Shown here piece by piece: positions 56,671 through 64,000 of a stretch of DNA of 64,000 nucleotides. The translations under genes and the position numbers were made by a program. Location: NCBI RefSeq assembly GCF_030013205.1, contig NZ_CP122648.1; one strand, 5' to 3'. The first letter of the stretch is position 1, and the number at the start of each line of letters is the position of its first letter. Under the pieces are notes generated by a model that saw only the letters and a list, made by a program, of their open reading frames with translations, ran no database searches and had not been told where the DNA came from. This DNA is from Escherichia coli (GTDB lineage: Bacteria > Pseudomonadota > Gammaproteobacteria > Enterobacterales > Enterobacteriaceae).

Positions 56671-57463
56671 TGCTGTAGTCCTCTTCTTCATTTTTACTGG
56701 CAACGGGCTGCGGTTGCGCTTGCTGCCGGGATTTCGCATTGAAAAACTCATACACCGCAAAGCCTGCGCCCAGTACGGCAACCGGCAACAGGTTGCTGAC
56801 CTGGATGTAGCAAACAAACAGGAAACCGGCGATCAGGTAAGGGATATATTGCGCTTTGAACATTACGCGCAGCAGCAAGCCAAAACCAACGGCAGGCAGA
56901 ATACCGCCAGCCACTTCAAAGCCGTGGGTCAGCCAGGCGGGCATCGCTTTCACCAGCGCCTGCATCGCCCCTTGTGCCAGGTAAGTACAGAGGAAAGCAA
57001 TCACCGCATACGCTGAAGCAACGATGAGCATCGTTGTCCAGTTAAGTCGGGAAAACGCTGCCGTATCCGCTTCTTTCGCGCATTTATCGGCTTTGGTCAT
57101 AAATAATGAGAAAGCAGAATAGAAGAACAGAATGACGTACTGCATTAACAAACTAAACGGCAGGCCAAGACCAATTGCCGTTTTGGCATCAACGCCCGTA
57201 GACCATGCAATGACGGTGGTCATCAGACCCGCCATAATCGGGTTGGGCGGCTGAACACCACCTGCAGGGGTTAATCCGGCGAAAGCCAACTCTGTCAGAC
57301 CACCGGTAATTAAGCCAGTCTGAATATCACCGAGAATAGCGCCAGTTAGGGTACAAACGATTATCGGGCGGAATAAAAATAAGGCTTCCAGCCAAAAATC
57401 AATCCCCAGAAAGAAAACTAACGCCGCCAGGGATAATCCCTGGAGTAGGGTTATTTCATGCAT
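56660..57463 (-). CDS. agaC: PTS galactosamine-specific IIC component
   Basis: 267 aa hydrophobic ORF. Confidence 0.85.
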   Translation of the reverse strand: MHEITLLQGLSLAALVFFLGIDFWLEALFLFRPIIVCTLTGAILGDIQTGLITGGLTELAFAGLTPAGGVQPPNPIMAGLMTTVIAWSTGVDAKTAIGLGLPFSLLMQYVILFFYSAFSLFMTKADKCAKEADTAAFSRLNWTTMLIVASAYAVIAFLCTYLAQGAMQALVKAMPAWLTHGFEVAGGILPAVGFGLLLRVMFKAQYIPYLIAGFLFVCYIQVSNLLPVAVLGAGFAVYEFFNAKSRQQAQPQPVASKNEEEDYSNGI

Positions 57464-57501
57464 TTTTATTACCTCAAACCAATATTAAGGCGATTTTAGA
57501 T

Positions 57502-57978
57502 TTAGTCAGGGATTTGTTCTTTTTGATCGCCAGGGACGTCCTGAATGAAAACATTCACGCCACGTTGTTTAATAAAACGTAAGTCCGTGAGATCCTGGTC
57601 ATCGACATAAACTTTACTGCTGATTTGCTTTTTCCCTTCCGAGAAATGCATATTGCCGACGTTGACATCTTTCAGGTCAATGCCACCTTCTACCAATTTA
57701 CGTACCGTTTGTGGCGTACGGCAAATCAGGAAGATCTTTTGATGCGGTGCAGCTTTGCCGATGACATTAATGGTTTTTTCGATAGTAAAGAAACGAATGC
57801 CAAAGCCGTAGGTTTCCGCGGTAATACCCATTAATTTCTGTTGAATATCATCGTTAGCGACAACATCATCCACGACTACCAGCAGATTTGCACCGATGGT
57901 AGATGTCCAGGTCACGCCAACCTGACCGTGAACCAGACGGTTATCAATACGGGTTAAGAGAATATTTGGACTGCTCAT
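57502..57978 (-). CDS. agaB: PTS galactosamine-specific IIB component
   Basis: 158 aa mannose-family IIB ORF. Confidence 0.85.
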   Translation of the reverse strand: MSSPNILLTRIDNRLVHGQVGVTWTSTIGANLLVVVDDVVANDDIQQKLMGITAETYGFGIRFFTIEKTINVIGKAAPHQKIFLICRTPQTVRKLVEGGIDLKDVNVGNMHFSEGKKQISSKVYVDDQDLTDLRFIKQRGVNVFIQDVPGDQKEQIPD

Positions 57979-58144
57979 TGTGTAATCCTCACCATAAAGT
58001 TGAATAATATAATTTTTTTAAATATATTATTGTTGCGATATTGTACTGATGTATTTATTAAGGTTTAGTTATCTCCTTTACCATTAAGGCACTCCCCGAT
58101 ATTAATCGGGAAGTACATTGGGATAAATCATAAAAAACTAATGA

Positions 58145-59017
<873 letters not shown>

Positions 59018-60172
59018 TTATGCCTGCCACGGATGAATGATTACGCCTTGCACCACGCGGTTAACGGTGCCGCTGGCTGATGGGGTATCCGGCGTATTGC
59101 CCATGTGCAGCGACTGCATAAGTGCAAACGTCTGGGCGTACATCAGGAAGCAAAATGCCTGCTCAACGTCGATAAAGTGACGGGACGGCGGCAGGATAAT
59201 ATGTGGACCGGCAGCAACGATGTCTGTGCTTTCCGCGGCGATGGCGATTACGCGCATTGCCTGGTTATCGCGGCGAAGTTCAGCCAGTAGATCAAGATCA
59301 TACTGACGGGTGTAAGGGTGGCTGGAGACAAATACCACCACCAGCGTTTCGTTATCGACCAGCGATTTCGGGCCATGACGGAATCCGGTCGGGGAATCAT
59401 AAAAGGCCGCCAGTTTACCCGCCGTCAGTTCCAGTACTTTCAGCGCCGACTCGCGTGCTGCGCCCTGTAAGCCACCGCTGCCGAGATAAACGATCCGTTT
59501 CCACGGTGCGTAACCAAACACACCTTCGCTGAAATCGCCCAGTGAGGTCAGGATCGCCTGGCAACGATCCGCCACGTCGCGGAAGCTCTGGCTGTTGATC
59601 GTCTCAGGTGCGAAAACCGCGAGGCAGCTGGCCATCATGGTGGTAATGCTGCTGGTCATCGCAAAGCCGCGATCGTGCGTTTCTGCGGGCATCAGTAGGG
59701 CAAACGCGTTGTCGCTGTTGATCGCGTTTTGGTAAAGAGCGCCCGCTTCGTTGCAGGTGATCGGCAGGTGATAGCACTCGGGTACAAATTGATTTGCCAG
59801 TTCCACGGCGGCGACGCTTTCCGGGCTGTTGCCGGATCGACCGAAGGAGATCAACAGCAGTGGATGAGTTGGATTCAGGTAGTCCATCGGATTGGTGACC
59901 AGATCGGTGGTCGGTACGGCGCTGAAGTTTTTACCGGTATGGCTGGCGAGCCACGGCGCGATAATGTCACCGATAAATGCCGAGGTTCCGGCTCCGGTCA
60001 GGATTACCCGCAGATTCTCTTTGCGCAGTAACGGTTCAAGGAAGTTATTGAGCGCGGAACGTAGTGCGTCGATGTTGGTGAGTGAACGGATCCATGCGCG
60101 AGGCTGATGGCGGATCTCTTCTTCAGTCCATGTACCGGTTGCGGCAGCAGCAGGGGGGTAATTTTCTGGCAT
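59018..60172 (-). CDS. agaS: SIS-domain putative galactosamine-6-phosphate deaminase
   Basis: 384 aa ORF recognised as AgaS. Confidence 0.85.
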   Translation of the reverse strand: MPENYPPAAAATGTWTEEEIRHQPRAWIRSLTNIDALRSALNNFLEPLLRKENLRVILTGAGTSAFIGDIIAPWLASHTGKNFSAVPTTDLVTNPMDYLNPTHPLLLISFGRSGNSPESVAAVELANQFVPECYHLPITCNEAGALYQNAINSDNAFALLMPAETHDRGFAMTSSITTMMASCLAVFAPETINSQSFRDVADRCQAILTSLGDFSEGVFGYAPWKRIVYLGSGGLQGAARESALKVLELTAGKLAAFYDSPTGFRHGPKSLVDNETLVVVFVSSHPYTRQYDLDLLAELRRDNQAMRVIAIAAESTDIVAAGPHIILPPSRHFIDVEQAFCFLMYAQTFALMQSLHMGNTPDTPSASGTVNRVVQGVIIHPWQA

Positions 60173-60393
60173 AACTCAATCCTTAGTCTGATGAACTTGA
60201 CGTCGGGCGTTGTCGCTTTCGCTTACCTTTCGTTTCATTTCACTTGGTGATGTCTTTCGTTGATTAAAATCTATAGAAAAGAAACTGAAAGTTCAATGGA
60301 GAAAAAAGAAATAAAACGAAATTTGTGATCGTTGAAAGAAAAGACAAGGGAAGATTAAAGGATTGCGTGATAACGTCGCTATGTTCACCGATT

Positions 60394-60446
60394 GCCGGAT
60401 GCGGCGTACCGTAGGTCGGATCAGACGCGTTAGCGTCGCATCCGAC
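60394..60446. repeat. REP elements in the agaS-agaA intergenic region
   Basis: GCCGGATGCGGCGTA and GTAGGTCGGATCAGACGCGTTAGCGTCGCATCCGAC. Confidence 0.65.
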
Positions 60447-60522
60447 ACCGCTGCACAGATCAAAAAGAAAGAAAAAGAAAGGCCTTACGGGGGAAGTGAA
60501 GGCCCAATAATGGAGCAAACCA

Positions 60523-61656
60523 TCAAAACGAAGCTAATTGACCCTGAATCCAGATTTGTTGCACATGTAGCCCGCTATCCAGCGCAACGACGCTGGCGCG
60601 TTTGCCCGGTTTAAGCGATCCCAGAACACCATCAACACCCAGCATTCGCGCCGGATGCAGCGACGCCATATGGATGGCTTCCGCAGGCGTTACGCCCGTT
60701 AACTCGACCATGTTGCGCACTGCTGCATCGACAGATAGCGTACTGCCCGCCAGCCCACCGGACGCGGTACGGACAACGCCACCGTGCATCTGCACTTCTT
60801 CGCCACATAACGTATAGCGACCATCCGGCATCCCAGCTGCCTGCATCGCGTCGGTGATCAGTACGATTCTCTCTTTCGCACAGCAACAACACAGCGACAT
60901 CGCCGCCGGATGCACATGATGACCATCGGCTATCAGTTCCAGCCAGGCGCGCTTGTCCGTTAATCCCGCGCCAACCATTCCCGGTTCGCGGTGATGTAAA
61001 CCTGTCATCCCGTTATAGCAATGCACCAGGCCGTCGGCACCAGCATCAAATGCGGCGCGGGTTTGTTGCCAGGTCGCCGCGCTATGCCCCAGCATCACCC
61101 TTACGTTTTGCTGTTTAAGATGGCGGATGGCCTGCAATGCCCCTTCTTTTTCCGGTGCCAGCGCTACCACGCGTAAGGTGTGCTGAGAAACGGCAATCAA
61201 TTGATCCAGCTCGGCAATTTCCAGCTCGCGAAACAGCTCCGGTGGATGCGCGCCTTTATTCTGCGGCGTGAAGTACGGTCCTTCGAGATAACTCCCCAGC
61301 ACTTGCGCACCAGGTCCGCCGCGTTGGCAACGTTGAGCAATACGTTTCAGCGCCGCATGAATGGTATTAAGCGGCGCGGTTACGGTGGTCGGTAACCAAC
61401 TGCCGACACCTTCGCATGCCTTGTGCATTGCCAGCTTGTCGAGTACATCCGGCGCGTCATCCATTACATCAACGCCCGCACCACCGTGTACATGGGTGTC
61501 GATGTAAGCGGGGCAGAGCAGTTCCGCATCGCGTTCAGTCACGCCCACTGGAATCGGTTCGATTGCTGCGATGACACCGTCAGCAATACGCAACTGATGG
61601 TCATCGAGCCATCCCTCTTCAGTTAGCAGCCTTCTGGCGCGCAGAACGGGTGTCAT
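60523..61656 (-). CDS. agaA: N-acetylgalactosamine-6-phosphate deacetylase, full length
   Basis: ORF 60523..61677 trimmed to MTPVLRARRLL (377 aa); NagA-like metal-binding residues. Confidence 0.85.
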   Translation of the reverse strand: MTPVLRARRLLTEEGWLDDHQLRIADGVIAAIEPIPVGVTERDAELLCPAYIDTHVHGGAGVDVMDDAPDVLDKLAMHKACEGVGSWLPTTVTAPLNTIHAALKRIAQRCQRGGPGAQVLGSYLEGPYFTPQNKGAHPPELFRELEIAELDQLIAVSQHTLRVVALAPEKEGALQAIRHLKQQNVRVMLGHSAATWQQTRAAFDAGADGLVHCYNGMTGLHHREPGMVGAGLTDKRAWLELIADGHHVHPAAMSLCCCCAKERIVLITDAMQAAGMPDGRYTLCGEEVQMHGGVVRTASGGLAGSTLSVDAAVRNMVELTGVTPAEAIHMASLHPARMLGVDGVLGSLKPGKRASVVALDSGLHVQQIWIQGQLASF

Positions 61657-62087
61657 ATTCCTTCCTCGACCGGACATTCTTCATGGCAGCGGCCTAACTC
61701 GTCCACCAGACTGGTCAGCCCACGGTGTCCACACTCCAGCGCCTGCACACGGAATTCTTCACCGATTAACCCTTCGCGCTCCAGCACCATCTCCAGTAGC
61801 AGTTGTAAATTGGTGCCTGTAATCACTTCACAGCCCGGTTTTTGCATCGCCAGCGTTGAAGCTACGCGAAACGGCGTGCCGCCCAGCAAATCCGTCAGAA
61901 AAACAATGCCGTCTTCACAATCCAGTTGGGCGATGGCCTCTTCAAGCTGCGATGTAAGCAGCGCGGTGCTTGAGGTTTCCGGAAAATCGATGGCGATAAA
62001 CTGCGATTGCTCGCCGAGGATTTGCTTCATTGCTTTTTCCATGCCACTGGCAAACCCGCCATGCCCTGTCAAAATAATACTTAACAT
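61653..62087 (-). CDS. agaF: PTS N-acetylgalactosamine-specific IIA component
   Basis: 144 aa mannose-family IIA ORF. Confidence 0.85.
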   Translation of the reverse strand: MLSIILTGHGGFASGMEKAMKQILGEQSQFIAIDFPETSSTALLTSQLEEAIAQLDCEDGIVFLTDLLGGTPFRVASTLAMQKPGCEVITGTNLQLLLEMVLEREGLIGEEFRVQALECGHRGLTSLVDELGRCHEECPVEEGI

Positions 62088-62104
62088 CTAATACCTCATT
62101 GTAT

Positions 62105-62989
62105 TTAAAGGAAATGGCAGAATTTACCGACGATGCCGAGAACCACGGTCACTGCAATCAGGCGCAGCGGACTCCAGCCGCGGCGTACCAGCCAGAACAT
62201 GGTCAGGGTGTAGACCAGCGGTAAGAAGGCAGGCATCAGTTTGTCGATAACATCAGCCTGTAACTTAACCACTGCGTCGCCCGCTGTGATTTCCAGCGTG
62301 GTGCTTAAACGAACATAGGTTGCCACCAGCGCGCCGATTACCGTCATCCCAACGATAGACGCAGCATGGCCGACTTTTTTGGTATTCGCTTTAATGAGTG
62401 GAATCGCCGCCACGCCCATGCGGTAAGCATAATGCGCCAGACCAAAACGCAGCCCCAGGTGTACCACGTTGAACAGCACAATAAAGACGACTGCGCCAAG
62501 AATAGAGCCTTGTAGCGCGAGGCTTGCGCCTATCCCACCACAAATCGGCAGTAGCGTCAGCCAGAACATTGCATCGCCAATCCCGCCAAGTGGCGCACCG
62601 ACGGCAATTTTGGTGCTCTGAATACTGTTAACGTCCTGCTTAGAACGCTCCATCGCAAGGATAATGCCGATAACAAACGTCACCAGAAACGGATGGGTAT
62701 TGAAGAAACCCATATGCCCCTTCATGGCGCGCGCCAGGTCGCGTTTATTAGTGTGGATCTTTTTCAGAGCAGGCAGCAGACCGTACAACCAGCTAGAAGC
62801 CTGCATACGTTCGTAGTTAAAAGACGCTTGTAACAGCATGGAACGCCAGGCGACGCGGTTGATATCTTTTTTCGTCAGCTCTGCGCCAATGCTCTGATCT
62901 TCATACACGTTTTCATTGACGCCTGTCAGCAGTGTTTCTTCGTTTTCACTGACGTTCGGCAGGGTGGTTTGATTAGATGCCATCTTCAA
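62105..62989 (-). CDS. agaE: PTS N-acetylgalactosamine-specific IID component
   Basis: 294 aa ORF paralogous to agaD; exact start uncertain. Confidence 0.8.
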   Translation of the reverse strand: MKMASNQTTLPNVSENEETLLTGVNENVYEDQSIGAELTKKDINRVAWRSMLLQASFNYERMQASSWLYGLLPALKKIHTNKRDLARAMKGHMGFFNTHPFLVTFVIGIILAMERSKQDVNSIQSTKIAVGAPLGGIGDAMFWLTLLPICGGIGASLALQGSILGAVVFIVLFNVVHLGLRFGLAHYAYRMGVAAIPLIKANTKKVGHAASIVGMTVIGALVATYVRLSTTLEITAGDAVVKLQADVIDKLMPAFLPLVYTLTMFWLVRRGWSPLRLIAVTVVLGIVGKFCHFL

Positions 62990-63752
62990 ATTCCTCTTTC
63001 TGTGCCGCAGGTTGAGTCGGTTCAGGAGATTTACGCAGCAGGTCGATCAGCGCCATCGCCAGCGCGGCGGCAGCAATAGCCAGCACCGGTAACTTGAGCC
63101 AGGCTGCGGCAACAAAGCCCAGGATGAAGTAGGGGATGTAGACGTTTTTCATCATGATTTTCAGCAGCACGGCAAAACCGATTGCTGGCATGATGCCGCC
63201 CGCGACGCCGAGGCCGTCGATTAATCGTTGCGGCAGGACATCAATGATGGTTTTGGCATGTTCTGCGCCGAAGTAGATAGGCAGGAAAGCGCAGAGAAAA
63301 TAGAAAGTGCCGAGTGCCAGCAGTGCCAGATAGTTCACGCGTTCAATGCCGCGTGTATCGGCGTTCTCCGCCATCCGGTCGCAGCGAGACATCACGCCAG
63401 ACATCACCGAGAACAGGAAGGTAATCCCCATCTGTACTGCGACAGCGAAAGGTACGGCGACACCGACCGCGACATCGGGTTTCACGCCAGTAGTAATGGC
63501 AAACGCCGTGCCGACGATAGTACCGATAATCACGTTAGGCGGTTGTGCGCCTGCCAGCGGGGCCAGCCCCATCCACACCAGTTCCAGCGTACCGCCGGTT
63601 AAAATACCGGTATGCAGATCGCCAAGTACCAGTCCGACCAACGGGCCGAGGACCACCGGGCGGTGCATATGGGTTAGGCCGTTAAACATATCCAGGCCAG
63701 CGATAAAGGCGATAATGCCCAACGCGAATGCCTGCAACAGACTGATTTCCAT
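62973..63752 (-). CDS. agaW: PTS N-acetylgalactosamine-specific IIC component, full length
   Basis: 259 aa hydrophobic ORF paralogous to agaC. Confidence 0.85.
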   Translation of the reverse strand: MEISLLQAFALGIIAFIAGLDMFNGLTHMHRPVVLGPLVGLVLGDLHTGILTGGTLELVWMGLAPLAGAQPPNVIIGTIVGTAFAITTGVKPDVAVGVAVPFAVAVQMGITFLFSVMSGVMSRCDRMAENADTRGIERVNYLALLALGTFYFLCAFLPIYFGAEHAKTIIDVLPQRLIDGLGVAGGIMPAIGFAVLLKIMMKNVYIPYFILGFVAAAWLKLPVLAIAAAALAMALIDLLRKSPEPTQPAAQKEEFEDGI

Positions 63753-63762
63753 GATGAATCCC

Positions 63763-64000
63763 TCAAAGTAATTTAAAGAGGTCCACTGCAGGCTCTGTCG
63801 GGACGCCCTGAACGAAGCATTCCACCCCAGCGGCTTTCAGGTCGTTAAATGCTGCAATATCGCCCGCATCTACAGAAACCGTTTTGGCGATTTGTTGCTT
63901 GCCATTGGCGTAGTGCATATTGCCAACGTTAATGCGATTCACCGGAACGCCACCTTTCACCAGCGTCAGGAAATCGGCAGGTGTTTTACAAACCAGCAGG
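63763..64000 (-). CDS. agaV: PTS N-acetylgalactosamine-specific IIB component, C-terminal part; 5' end beyond the window
   Basis: Translation similar to agaB; reading frame stays open to the window edge. Confidence 0.75.
   Translation of the reverse strand, partial: LLVCKTPADFLTLVKGGVPVNRINVGNMHYANGKQQIAKTVSVDAGDIAAFNDLKAAGVECFVQGVPTEPAVDLFKLL

Noticed and set aside
60264-60518. 84 aa minus-strand ORF in the agaS-agaA spacer
   Set aside because: Low-complexity translation driven by AG-rich and REP sequence; no ribosome-binding context.

Overview
This window reads as a contiguous stretch of Escherichia coli chromosome (reverse-complemented relative to the K-12 map), running from hpf/rpoN/lptCAB/kdsCD through mlaFEDCB, murA, ispB, rplU-rpmA, obgE, dacB, greA, rlmE-ftsH, folP-glmM, secG-leuU, argG, the metY-rimP-nusA-infB-rbfA-truB-rpsO-pnp operon, nlpI, deaD, mtr, ubiTUV, yhbO-yraR-yraQ, dolP-diaA-yraN-lpoA, rsmI and into a complete aga/kba N-acetylgalactosamine cluster. 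Gene calls rest on the supplied ORF translations, which I recognise as these proteins; starts were trimmed where the ORF over-extends the known protein length. No database search or computation was run, so gene identities and all K-12 comparisons are from memory. The outstanding feature is a roughly 1.28 kb IS110-family element at 41740..43019 that I recognise as IS621, inserted in a REP element between mtr and yhbW. Its 5' non-coding arm carries the structured bridge (guide) RNA, with one loop matching the flanking target DNA and another matching the element's own right end. A split sigma70 promoter (-35 in the right end, -10 in the left end) would be rebuilt only when the element circularises. 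This RNA-guided recombinase system was described in 2024, so it is known rather than novel, but it is the most interesting thing here. Secondary points: the aga cluster is intact, which indicates a non-K-12 strain; infB is 8 codons shorter than I recall for K-12; yhbX next to tRNA-Leu is AT-rich; and there are several REP/BIME repeats and two intergenic palindromes. No CRISPR array, rRNA or prophage is visible.
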